Assembly (NCBI GenBank): GCA_044440125.1
Contig: JBITAJ010000012.1
Span: 128,001-192,000, forward strand
DNA from: Sedimentisphaeraceae bacterium JB056
GTDB lineage: Bacteria > Planctomycetota > Phycisphaerae > Sedimentisphaerales > Sedimentisphaeraceae
Reading direction: 5' to 3'
Length of the DNA stretch: 64,000 nucleotides
Shown: positions 26,357-35,860 of the stretch, in pieces
How the letters are laid out: every line of letters begins with the position of its first letter
Numbering within the stretch: position 1 is the stretch's first letter
The notes under the pieces: generated by a model
Told to the model about the DNA's origin: nothing
What the model saw: only the letters and a program-made list of their open reading frames with translations
Databases searched by the model: none
Translations under genes and position numbers: made by a program

Positions 26357-26451
26357 ATTACTGTAATATTACCGCGGCCTGTGTATTTTTTGACGTTTTG
26401 GGCGATATTTTAGTAAAAAGTACTTGACTATTACTGTAATAATGCTATAAA
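26357..26451 (+). promoter_or_regulatory. Promoter and duplicated operator of gntR-like gene
   Basis: Palindrome ATTAC-T-GTAAT at 26357-26367 and 26430-26440; the second copy lies between TTGACT (26424) and TG-c-TATAAA (26443-26451). Confidence 0.65.
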
Positions 26452-26482
26452 TAATATATATAGAGTAATAAAAGGGTTATTT

Positions 26483-27676
26483 ATGTTTGAACAACTTACT
26501 ATAGACAGATGCTCAGGTAAACCGGTCAGTTCGCAGATCGCTCATTTTGTGAAACAGCAAATCGCGAACAACGAGCTTTCTCCGGGCGACAAATTCCCCA
26601 CCACTCAGGAGTTTGTTAAGAACATAGGTGTTGGACCGCACACAGTCAGGCAGGCTATGAAGGCTCTTGAAAAAGAAGGTCTTGTTCGATGTACCCCTCG
26701 CCTTGGAACGGTTGTATGTGAAAAGGCATATAATATTGTCAGCAATAATACAGATGATGCTGTTATTGTTGATACCGTTGTTACGCCTAAGTTCAGGCGA
26801 ATTGGTGTTCTGGGACTTTTTCAAAAAGTTACCAATGGCGGTATGAGGTATTGTGTTGAAACCGCCGAAGGTATAACATCCGAATGCGAGCGTCTTGGTG
26901 TAACTGCCATAATCCTTCCGAATAAACTGCAGAATATGAAAGCCCAAGAGATCTATCAGGAGCTTATGGGGCTTGGATGTGAAGGTTTGATATGGATGTA
27001 TACAGAGCGGCCTGATGATCCAATCCTGTTTGACTACCTTAATGAGAAGGGTATAAAGATCATATTCAAGCGTAGAAGTCAGGCCAATGACGGAAGACCT
27101 TGTATTGATGCTGATTATGAGACTGCCGGTTACAAGACCGGGCAGTATTTTCATGAGAACGGGATTAAGGACCTGCTTGTATTCAGCCACTTTGATTTCA
27201 ACACAGCGGATGCCGGTATTAAACTGCAAAGCTGCCCTACAATGCTTAAAAGCGGCCTTTTGCGGGCTTATGAGCACAATTATCTTGAGCCTAATATCGA
27301 GGTGAATGTCCATATCAATGAGGACACAGATACAAGCAAGCGTATATACAGCAAGCTGTGTCAGATACCCGATACAACAGGTGTTATATTCACTAATGGT
27401 TATCAGCTGCTTAACTATCTTTCTCATAATGGCTTACAGGGTTATGAGCTCCTGAGGACATTCAAAATCGTTGCGGTTAGCAACCTTACTATCAATTATC
27501 AACTGCGTCCGTTTGTCAACGGGCTTGATCTTATGGTCCTTGTAGACAATTTCAAGGAATCAGGAAAACTCATCGTCGGTAATCTCATAGGTATGCTTGA
27601 GGGTTACTTTGACAGCGGTGCTACAACTCTTACCGGCGTCGATTTCAGTTCATTTGAAGATTCATTCAAAAATTAA
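26483..27676 (+). CDS. GntR-family regulator with LacI/sugar-binding-like C-terminal domain
   Basis: wHTH LSPGDKFPTT...TVRQAMKALEKEGLV...PRLGTVV; C-terminal alpha/beta domain (PCIDADYETAG). Confidence 0.85.
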   Translation: MFEQLTIDRCSGKPVSSQIAHFVKQQIANNELSPGDKFPTTQEFVKNIGVGPHTVRQAMKALEKEGLVRCTPRLGTVVCEKAYNIVSNNTDDAVIVDTVVTPKFRRIGVLGLFQKVTNGGMRYCVETAEGITSECERLGVTAIILPNKLQNMKAQEIYQELMGLGCEGLIWMYTERPDDPILFDYLNEKGIKIIFKRRSQANDGRPCIDADYETAGYKTGQYFHENGIKDLLVFSHFDFNTADAGIKLQSCPTMLKSGLLRAYEHNYLEPNIEVNVHINEDTDTSKRIYSKLCQIPDTTGVIFTNGYQLLNYLSHNGLQGYELLRTFKIVAVSNLTINYQLRPFVNGLDLMVLVDNFKESGKLIVGNLIGMLEGYFDSGATTLTGVDFSSFEDSFKN

Positions 27677-27703
27677 AAGAAAATTTATAATAGGAGATTT
27701 GTT

Positions 27704-28546
27704 ATGAATAGTAAAAAAGCCTTTACATTGATAGAACTTCTTGTGGTCATCTCAATCATAGCGGTACTTATGGCAATAATGATGCCGGCACTTGGTAAAG
27801 TGAGGCAGCAGGCTGTAGGATTAATCGGAAGAACACAGTTAAAAGATATGGGTACTATGGTTAACCTATATATGGCTGAAAATGATGGCAGAATGGTTTC
27901 AAATTGCTATGAGCCTATGTCCAATGGTACGGGGCGCTGGACAGTTAGACTTGCTGCATATTATGAGAGGAATGACAGCAGTGCAGGCGATCACAATAGA
28001 TACAACACTGATATATTTTATTGCCCAATTGAGTGGAAAAAAAGACTTAAGAATCCTGAAGTGCAGGGTGAAGAAGGGGTTTTCAGTGAGCCGGATAGAG
28101 GATTTTATTATCAAATTAATAGTTATATCACTGACAACGGCAGGATAAACAACTCAGAGAAAACTCTATTGCGGGCTAAATTTGGTAAAAGTGATCAATG
28201 GAAAGATCCTGCAACCTTGCCGATGTTCCATGATACCAACAGCACAGCTGACTTTGCACCTTTACCACAGTGGCCTCTGGATGCTCCGATGTATCCGAAT
28301 CAGACTCTTCTGCAGTATGGCTGGGATCCAGCGGCATCAAGAAGTCCGAAGATCAATCGGTTTGGCCCTGCGGCAAATCATGGACGTGGAATTAACTATC
28401 TTTTTGCTGATGGACATGCTGATATGACAATGTGGCCTTATGCCGATACAATAGATGCACCAGAGGACGCGGATTATTATAATAAATACTGGCATCCACT
28501 CAGAAATACAAAAATTGCTACATATGAACGTGTAAATGTTAATTGA
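27704..28546 (+). CDS. Prepilin-type N-terminal cleavage protein with H-X9-DG C-terminal motif (DUF1559-like)
   Basis: KKAFTLIELLVVISIIAVLMAIMMPAL; FYCP; NHGRGINYLFADGH. Confidence 0.9.
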   Translation: MNSKKAFTLIELLVVISIIAVLMAIMMPALGKVRQQAVGLIGRTQLKDMGTMVNLYMAENDGRMVSNCYEPMSNGTGRWTVRLAAYYERNDSSAGDHNRYNTDIFYCPIEWKKRLKNPEVQGEEGVFSEPDRGFYYQINSYITDNGRINNSEKTLLRAKFGKSDQWKDPATLPMFHDTNSTADFAPLPQWPLDAPMYPNQTLLQYGWDPAASRSPKINRFGPAANHGRGINYLFADGHADMTMWPYADTIDAPEDADYYNKYWHPLRNTKIATYERVNVN

Positions 28547-28606
28547 CAGTTTGAAATTAAAATCGTGAATTAAAGATAAATTCTATTATTTTTCAAGGAG
28601 CTATTT

Positions 28607-31042
28607 ATGAAGAAGTTATCGATTTTATTGTTATTGGCTTATTGCGGCGTGAGTGCTGCCTCAATTGCCTTGCCTAATATTGACAGTGAAGGCACTAACG
28701 CATTATGGAACATGAATGCGGTAAGAAGTGACAAGTACGTTGATGATGATGACAGTGCTAACGCAGACAGAGATGCTACATTGCTTCTTGCGCCTAATCC
28801 AGCTTCAACATCGGGTGGTCCAGCATTGACCGATCCTTCTGTTGCCGGGATAGGCTATCCTGCGGGTAATCCTGCTTATGGTAATTGTCTTTACCTGAAC
28901 GGTACTACAGCTTATTGTGCAATAGGCAACGCAAACCTTTCTCTCGATCCAACCGACCTTAGGATTGAGGGCTGGTTTAAGGCTGATGCGGCTGTTGATG
29001 GACAGATGCTGTTTGACCGTTGGAATCAGATAATGATTTGGAGCTATGCTACCAAGCTGGTAGTGTGGGTAGATGGTGCAAGCAATGATGTTGTTTATCC
29101 TGCCGGCACAGTTCCTACAGACTGGACACATTTTTCAGTAGAAGTATTGGGCACTGATGTGGCCGTTTATATCAATGACGAGCTTATCAGTTCTATAACT
29201 ATGACAAATACTCTTGGCGTTCCGAGTAAGACAACAACTTTTGTTGGTCAAAGGTACAACGGAAGCCAGAAATTTGCGGGTTATATTGATGATTTCAGAA
29301 TTTCCAAGGCGAGTGCTCCGGATGTAGTTCCTGAATGGGCAGCACCTTATATTGATGAAACCGGTACTGTTTCGGCTCTTTATCACTTTGATGCTTTAGC
29401 AGACCCTAATGTAGTGGGTAATACTGATGAACTTCTACCTGATGATGATAGTGACAATCCTGACCGTGATGCCGATATGTTCGTTTACAGCGGCGGAACA
29501 AGATTAGCTGTTGGCGAAAGTGGCGGACCTGCTCTGATTGACCCTGTTGCAGAGGGTATCGGTTATCCTCTTGGCGATGCTTCTTTTGGCAATTGTGCTA
29601 AATTTGATGATCCTGTTCTTGTAGAGGCCGATACGTTTAGAGCCAGCCATTCGGATGTAGTGTTTGATTCATCAAACGTTGCGATTGAATGCTGGGTTCG
29701 TCCTGCTGATGATTTAATTGCTCTACCTGGTGACGGCGTAGTTTATAACTACTATATACTTGACCGTTGGGGTGAGATAGATTTGAAAATAATGCAGTTG
29801 GGAGATGGAAGCTTCCAGTTCCAGGCAATGGTTTGGGATGCTAATGGTGCGGTGAATTATCTTACAGTACCTTACGCTAATATTGGCCTTGATCCGAGTG
29901 ATTGGGCACACATGAGATTCGAGAACTATTTGGGTGAAGCCAAGCTTTACATAAACGGTTCCGTTGCAGCGTCTACAACGCTTGACACGACTTCCCTTGG
30001 AACAGTCATTAAGACAACAACCATAATCGGTGCAAGATACAATCCTAAAGAATACTTCTGGGGTTATATTGATGAGATGAAGATAAGCCAGGCTGTTTAC
30101 AGTGTTGGCTGCGGCGCATGGGGCTATGCTGCCGGCGACCTTGATGCTGACTGTGTTGTCGGTGTTTCCGATCTTGATATTATAGCGGCTCAGTGGCTTG
30201 CTGATGTAACTACTCCATCGGATGTTGACGGTGTTGACAGTGGTATTTATGATGATTATGCATCATACAATATTCCAATGGCCAGCTCTACGCCAACAAT
30301 TGACGGTACTCTATCTGCCGGTGAGTGGGCAGATGCCAAAGAGATTTATCTTGCAATGCCAGAGCTTACTACATCTCCTAATGTTGGCGGTTTCAAGTAT
30401 GACATACCTGAGCATGCTGATTTCAGTGGTTACTACTATATGAAGTGGGATGCTGCAAATCTTTATGTAGGTATAAGCATTATTGATGAGGCGCTTGTAT
30501 TTGATGCCGGTTATCCTGATGACCATGCGACGCTCGCATTCAATCTGAATAATATGGCAGGTGCGGTACAGGCTGATGTTGCCTTCTATAATATGTACCG
30601 CGATTACTTCGGTGACAGCCAGGTAGTGAACGCAGGTGGTTTCAATGCCGCATTCAATCCTGATAACGCGGTTGTTGCAAGTGCAGCTTCTGCTACCGGA
30701 TGGACTTTCGAAGCGGCCTTCAAGTGGAGCGACTTCGGTTATACTCCAACAGTAGGCGATACTCACGGCACTGCAATCATGATCTGCGACAACGATGTTG
30801 CTGATGGTGAAAGGGACACATTCCTCTTTGATTCAGGCAGTGGAGACACTAACGTCTTGGTTACTCCTTCACTCTACAGGACTGCTACTCTTACAAGCGG
30901 ACTTGTATGCGGCGACAACGGTTATCTTGCTGAAGACTTGAACACTGATTGTGACGTAACTCTGCTTGATTATGCAGTAATGGCAGATCAGTGGCTTGTA
31001 TGTACAACACCAGGTGCTGAAGGTTGTATTGATGCCCGCTGA
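28607..31042 (+). CDS. Secreted acidic protein: 2x LamG/ConA-like + dockerin-like + CBM9-like + dockerin-like
   Basis: Signal peptide; FAGYIDDFRIS and FWGYIDEMKIS; PTIDGTLSAGEWADA...MKWDAANLY...WTFEAAFKW; GDLDADCVV...AQWL and EDLNTDCDV...DQWL. Confidence 0.75.
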   Translation: MKKLSILLLLAYCGVSAASIALPNIDSEGTNALWNMNAVRSDKYVDDDDSANADRDATLLLAPNPASTSGGPALTDPSVAGIGYPAGNPAYGNCLYLNGTTAYCAIGNANLSLDPTDLRIEGWFKADAAVDGQMLFDRWNQIMIWSYATKLVVWVDGASNDVVYPAGTVPTDWTHFSVEVLGTDVAVYINDELISSITMTNTLGVPSKTTTFVGQRYNGSQKFAGYIDDFRISKASAPDVVPEWAAPYIDETGTVSALYHFDALADPNVVGNTDELLPDDDSDNPDRDADMFVYSGGTRLAVGESGGPALIDPVAEGIGYPLGDASFGNCAKFDDPVLVEADTFRASHSDVVFDSSNVAIECWVRPADDLIALPGDGVVYNYYILDRWGEIDLKIMQLGDGSFQFQAMVWDANGAVNYLTVPYANIGLDPSDWAHMRFENYLGEAKLYINGSVAASTTLDTTSLGTVIKTTTIIGARYNPKEYFWGYIDEMKISQAVYSVGCGAWGYAAGDLDADCVVGVSDLDIIAAQWLADVTTPSDVDGVDSGIYDDYASYNIPMASSTPTIDGTLSAGEWADAKEIYLAMPELTTSPNVGGFKYDIPEHADFSGYYYMKWDAANLYVGISIIDEALVFDAGYPDDHATLAFNLNNMAGAVQADVAFYNMYRDYFGDSQVVNAGGFNAAFNPDNAVVASAASATGWTFEAAFKWSDFGYTPTVGDTHGTAIMICDNDVADGERDTFLFDSGSGDTNVLVTPSLYRTATLTSGLVCGDNGYLAEDLNTDCDVTLLDYAVMADQWLVCTTPGAEGCIDAR

Positions 31043-31076
31043 TTACGATCAGAATAAATAACTTTGAATCTTTTAA

Positions 31077-31104
31077 GGGGGGCAGATTTACGGGTCTGTC
31101 CCCC
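31077..31104 (+). terminator. GC-rich hairpin (attenuator or mRNA stabiliser; weak U-tract)
   Basis: ggggggcagat...gtctgtccccc. Confidence 0.45.
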
Positions 31105-31144
31105 ATTATTACATAAAGTGTCATATTGGCTCTATGGATAAAAC

Positions 31145-33124
31145 ATGAGATTAACAGTTCTTATATATATTCTTCTAATTGCCTCGTTGGGGTGGTGCCT
31201 GAGTGATCAGGATATAGCGGAGATAACCTCCGGTTTTGAAGCAAGACGTGATTCTATGCTTGCTTCACAGGTTGCCAGTCCATATCCATCGATTGACAGT
31301 TTTGTGTGGAATAGACAAGATTTTGCGCTTTCTGCTTTGTATCTTAATACGCAGTTGTCTGAGGCTAATCAGGCTATAATAGATGCCTGTAATTATCTTA
31401 AAGATAATCCGACCGAATATGATGTCGACTTTCATTGGAGAGGCAATCTCTTTTACAGGATATATAAATATTTCTATCATGACAGCGAGTATTTCCCCGG
31501 CAGACTGACAACGGCCGCAGAAGAAGCTATTTATGATATATTCTGGAACTGGGCGAAATACAAGAGTGTATTGTCCGATGCTGATTATTCGCAAAGTCAG
31601 ACATGGTACACATGGGGCAGCGAAAATCATGATGCTATGAGAAAGTCGACAAGTTACAGTGCTGCTGATATATTGAAAGATGCACCTGCTTATCAGAACC
31701 TCGCATTTGATGACGGCTCTACGGCAGCGCAGCAATATGAGGCATGGAACGCATACTTCAAGGAATATTTGAGGGAAAGGGCAAAGAAGGGATTGCTTAT
31801 AGAAGTTGGTTCCCATACCTATTCAAAATATACTTTGCAGGGCTGGTACAACTTTTATGATTTTGCTCCTGATGCCGAGCTTAGGAAACTTGCCGGAATG
31901 TCACTTGATCTCTGGTGGGCAGATTGGGCTCAGGATCAGATTGGAGGCGTTCGCGGGGGTGGTAAGAGCCGTATATATCAGGATGCTGATGAATTAGCAC
32001 GTGATGACAGTGCCTACAGTATGTGCTGGTATTATCTCAATATTGGTACGGCAAGCAATAAACATCCTGGAATGATGTGTTTGGCGACCAGTGGCTACAG
32101 ATTGCCGCCGGTTGTTATAGATATTGCTCTTGATGTTGCCGGAAGAGGAACATATGAAACGTATTCAAGAAGGCCCGGTTTGAATCTGATTCCAAGGCCC
32201 GAAGGAGTTGCGACTGATACAAATGTGCTCGACCCTGATTACGGCGGAATTTTAAGATACACCTATGCAACGCCGGAGTATGTGATCGGAACAAGTATGC
32301 TGGAAAACAGGCCGCAGGAGGATTGGACGGGTATAAGCTGTCAGAATCGCTGGCATGGTATTATATTCAGCATAGATAAGGATGCGAGGATTTTCCCGCA
32401 ATGTGAGGGGCTCCCTCTTGATTATGCCAAGACATACAATCAGCAGTGGTCGGTTCAGAATAAGTCGACCCTGATCGCACAGAAGCTTAGAACCAGCAGC
32501 CATACCGGTGATATGAGGGTTTATTTTTCCGGTGGTTCCAATATGATAATTTACGAAGAAGATGGATGGGTTTTCGGAAGGCTTACAAATGCCTTTGCCG
32601 CAGTCCGTCCGGCATGGGGTACTTACAGTTGGGATGATGCAAATTGGATCCGTTTCAGTGACCCATACGCTCCGGCGATAATAGAGGTTGCCCCAAGCTC
32701 TGATTTTTCAAACGTATTCAGTCTGTTCAAGGCAGAGGTTAAGTCTCACGTTCCGGTTGTTTCTAATGATGTGTTGACTTATGAGGGTTTGGGTGGTTCG
32801 GGAACTTTTACTTTTTACACTAATTCGACGCAATTGCCAGAGATTAACGGCCAGACAATAGACCTTCAACCTGAGTTTACATTCAGCAGTCCGTTCATTG
32901 CGGAAGAATTTGACAGTGGTTTGGTTACTATAAAGAAGGGCAGCAGAGAAGCTGTTTTTAACTTTGATCTTGCAGCAACAGGTTTTTGCGGCGAGTGGGG
33001 ATATTTTGGTTTTGACATTAATAAAGACTGCGTTGTCGATCTATTGGATTATTCCTTGCTGGCGACGCAATGGGCACAGTGTTCGCATCCGGCTTGGGCC
33101 GGTTGTGTAAATCCTGAGAATTGA
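31145..33124 (+). CDS. SENH-family paralog 1 (secreted, putative lyase-like) + C-terminal dockerin-like module
   Basis: Signal peptide; WGSENH; RAKKGLLIEVGSHTY; GVRGGGKSR; FDINKDCVV...TQW. Confidence 0.7.
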   Translation: MRLTVLIYILLIASLGWCLSDQDIAEITSGFEARRDSMLASQVASPYPSIDSFVWNRQDFALSALYLNTQLSEANQAIIDACNYLKDNPTEYDVDFHWRGNLFYRIYKYFYHDSEYFPGRLTTAAEEAIYDIFWNWAKYKSVLSDADYSQSQTWYTWGSENHDAMRKSTSYSAADILKDAPAYQNLAFDDGSTAAQQYEAWNAYFKEYLRERAKKGLLIEVGSHTYSKYTLQGWYNFYDFAPDAELRKLAGMSLDLWWADWAQDQIGGVRGGGKSRIYQDADELARDDSAYSMCWYYLNIGTASNKHPGMMCLATSGYRLPPVVIDIALDVAGRGTYETYSRRPGLNLIPRPEGVATDTNVLDPDYGGILRYTYATPEYVIGTSMLENRPQEDWTGISCQNRWHGIIFSIDKDARIFPQCEGLPLDYAKTYNQQWSVQNKSTLIAQKLRTSSHTGDMRVYFSGGSNMIIYEEDGWVFGRLTNAFAAVRPAWGTYSWDDANWIRFSDPYAPAIIEVAPSSDFSNVFSLFKAEVKSHVPVVSNDVLTYEGLGGSGTFTFYTNSTQLPEINGQTIDLQPEFTFSSPFIAEEFDSGLVTIKKGSREAVFNFDLAATGFCGEWGYFGFDINKDCVVDLLDYSLLATQWAQCSHPAWAGCVNPEN

Positions 33125-33141
33125 TCTTTTTTGGAGATGAT

Positions 33142-35841
33142 ATGAAATTAGTATTGACTCTTTTATCTGTTACAATAATAAGCTCTTCGCTTTTTGCTCT
33201 TACTGACCAGGAGCTTAATGCGGTGCTCGATGGATTTGAAGCCAGACGTGATTCGATGCTTTCTTCACAGGTTTCAAGTCCGTATCCTTCAACCAATTAT
33301 CCTGAAGACGAAAATGTTGGCGGGTATGTTTGGAACAGGCAGGGATTTGCTCTTTCGGCATTGTATCTCAATACGCAATTAGCAGAGGCTAATCAGGCCA
33401 TAATCGATGCATGTAATGCGGAAAAAAATGAGCCCGCTGTTTACGATGAGAGTTTTCACTGGCGCGGGAATGTGTATTACAGGATATATAAATATTTCAA
33501 CAGCAATAGTGACTATTTCCCCGGCAGACTGACGCCGGCTGCAGAAGCGGCTATATGCGACATATTCTGGAACTGGGCGAAATATAAATCAGTACTGACT
33601 GATGCGGATTATTCACAGACAGATACGTGGCTTTACTGGGGCAGTGAAAACCACGATGCTATGCGTAAGAGCAGTTGTTGGAGTGCGGCGGATATCTTGA
33701 AAGATGTTCCTGCTTATCAGAATCTTACCTTTGATGACGGCGGCACTGCTGCACAACATTATGATGCCTGGACAGCATACTTTAAGAAGTATCTTACCGA
33801 GCGAGGTAAGAAGGGTTTACTTTTAGAGCTTGGCTCGCATACCTATCCCAAATATACGGTTCAGGGCTGGTATAATTTTTACGATTTTGCCGGCGATGAA
33901 GATCTAAGTATTCTTAGCGGTAAGTTACTTGATGCATGGTGGGCCGATTATGCACTTAATCAGTTTAACGGTGTTCGCGGCGGTGCAAAGATGAGGGTTT
34001 ATCAGGATGTCGCAACTTCAGGTCTTTCTGATGGAGCTCTTGGCATGTGCTGGTATTATCTTGATATCGGTACTGCGAAAAGCCGCCATCCTGGCGTGAT
34101 GTGTCTGGCAACAAGTGCTTACAGGCTTCCGCTTGTCGTGATGGATATTGCTCTGGATGTTGATGGCAGAGGAACTTATGAAAGCTATGAACGTCGTCAG
34201 GGTTTGCGCGATCAGTCAAAAGAAGATGATATTGAGGAAATAGGCATTGATGCTGAAACTCCGGGTATATTAACCTATGCATATCACAAACCTGAGTTTA
34301 TTTTAGGCAGCGGTATGTGGAATAAACTTCCAATGGATAGCTGGTCTCCTGTGAGCGCTCAGAACAGATGGGTTGGTGCAATCTTTTCCGTAGATGTAAA
34401 CGCGAGAATATTTCCTCAATGTGTTGGGCTTGTCAACGATAAGACATACAACCAGTATTGGAATGTTCAAAATAAAGGCACGCTCATAACCCAGAAACTT
34501 ACTACAAGCACTCAATCTGGAGATATGCGGGTCTATTTCTCCGGCGGCTCAAATATGATAATTTATGAAGAGGATGGCTGGATATTCGGAAGGCTTACAA
34601 ATGCTTTTGCCGCGGTTCGTCCTGCCTGGGGAACATACAGCTGGGATGATGCGAACTGGATCAGATTCAGCGATCCATATGCTCCGGTTATTATGGAAGT
34701 TGCGGCAAGCTCTGATTTTTCAAACGTATTCAGTCTGTTCAAGGCAGAGGTTAAGACGCATGTTCCAACAGTTGATGCTAATGGTGTTCTTACGTATACG
34801 GGGCTACTTGATTCGGGAACTTTTACATTCTACACTCAATCAACGGATCTGCCTGAAATAAACGGCCAGCCTGTGGACCTTGCACCTTCAAAGACTTTCA
34901 ACAGTCCGTTTATGAATGAAGACTGGGATAGCGGTATTATAAATGTTACAAAAGACGATAGAAGCTTGACGATTGATCTCAACTACGATCAAGAGGTTAC
35001 CTGTCAGCCGGTAACATACGACCTTAATGATGATTGTCTTGTTGATAGCGGCGACTTGGAAATTCTTGCCGCAAATTGGCTCGAGGATATTTCTTTCGAA
35101 CCGGTGCAGCAGTCTTTCGTTGATAGTAGCGGAGTTTTAGGGTTATGGCATCTTGAAGCAATAACTCCCGATAGCACTCAGGATTTCTTCAATGATGATG
35201 ATTCTGCCAACTCAGGTAGAAACAACGATTTGGGTATATGGGCAGGCGGTGCTCCTTATGTGAGTGTTATTAATGACGGCAAGTTTGGAAATGCCGTTGA
35301 TATCAATTACAGCGCAGACAGTGTATACCTTCTTTTAGCAGGTAACTGGGATCCGCTTGATACGACGTTTGCTTTCCGCGGATGGATAAGGCTTGGCGAT
35401 GAAGGAGATACGGGCGGATATCTTGCCCACGTTTATGACAGGGTTTATTTATACTGTAATACTACGACGCTTACGTTTAATGTTACAGATGGCGTTGATA
35501 ACGTAATGATAACTGCTGCCCTCGATGATGTTTCCCAGTGGCAATATGTTGAAGCGATTTATACGGCAACAGATATAACGTTAAAAACGAATATTGAAAC
35601 TGTCACTGATGCCTCTATCGGTCCGATATCAGTTAGGCCCGATAAACTCGGTTTCTATATTGGAAGTAGAAAAAATGCAAATAGATTTGTCGGACAGATG
35701 GATGAGATAAGAATCTCAACGGCTGATGAAATCGCTTGTGATGATTTTGCTGTGTTGACAGGTGATTTGAATATTGATTGTCAGGTTGACAATGGTGATC
35801 TGTCTGTGATTGCGCAGCATTGGCTTGAAATCGTTGAGTAA
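33142..35841 (+). CDS. SENH-family paralog 2 + dockerin-like/LamG/dockerin-like tail
   Basis: RBS GGAG, ATG 33142; WGSENH; RGKKGLLLELGSHTY; YDLNDDCLV; FVGQMDEIRIS; GDLNIDCQV. Confidence 0.7.
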   Translation: MKLVLTLLSVTIISSSLFALTDQELNAVLDGFEARRDSMLSSQVSSPYPSTNYPEDENVGGYVWNRQGFALSALYLNTQLAEANQAIIDACNAEKNEPAVYDESFHWRGNVYYRIYKYFNSNSDYFPGRLTPAAEAAICDIFWNWAKYKSVLTDADYSQTDTWLYWGSENHDAMRKSSCWSAADILKDVPAYQNLTFDDGGTAAQHYDAWTAYFKKYLTERGKKGLLLELGSHTYPKYTVQGWYNFYDFAGDEDLSILSGKLLDAWWADYALNQFNGVRGGAKMRVYQDVATSGLSDGALGMCWYYLDIGTAKSRHPGVMCLATSAYRLPLVVMDIALDVDGRGTYESYERRQGLRDQSKEDDIEEIGIDAETPGILTYAYHKPEFILGSGMWNKLPMDSWSPVSAQNRWVGAIFSVDVNARIFPQCVGLVNDKTYNQYWNVQNKGTLITQKLTTSTQSGDMRVYFSGGSNMIIYEEDGWIFGRLTNAFAAVRPAWGTYSWDDANWIRFSDPYAPVIMEVAASSDFSNVFSLFKAEVKTHVPTVDANGVLTYTGLLDSGTFTFYTQSTDLPEINGQPVDLAPSKTFNSPFMNEDWDSGIINVTKDDRSLTIDLNYDQEVTCQPVTYDLNDDCLVDSGDLEILAANWLEDISFEPVQQSFVDSSGVLGLWHLEAITPDSTQDFFNDDDSANSGRNNDLGIWAGGAPYVSVINDGKFGNAVDINYSADSVYLLLAGNWDPLDTTFAFRGWIRLGDEGDTGGYLAHVYDRVYLYCNTTTLTFNVTDGVDNVMITAALDDVSQWQYVEAIYTATDITLKTNIETVTDASIGPISVRPDKLGFYIGSRKNANRFVGQMDEIRISTADEIACDDFAVLTGDLNIDCQVDNGDLSVIAQHWLEIVE

Positions 35842-35860
35842 AGATATTTAGGAGTAGGAT

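Noticed and set aside
26513..27427. 304-aa minus-strand ORF
   Set aside because: Fully antisense to the GntR gene; no motifs; typical codon-bias shadow.
27704..28546. Type II secretion or type IV pilus operon
   Set aside because: Single pilin-like gene; no assembly ATPase, secretin or platform genes in the window.
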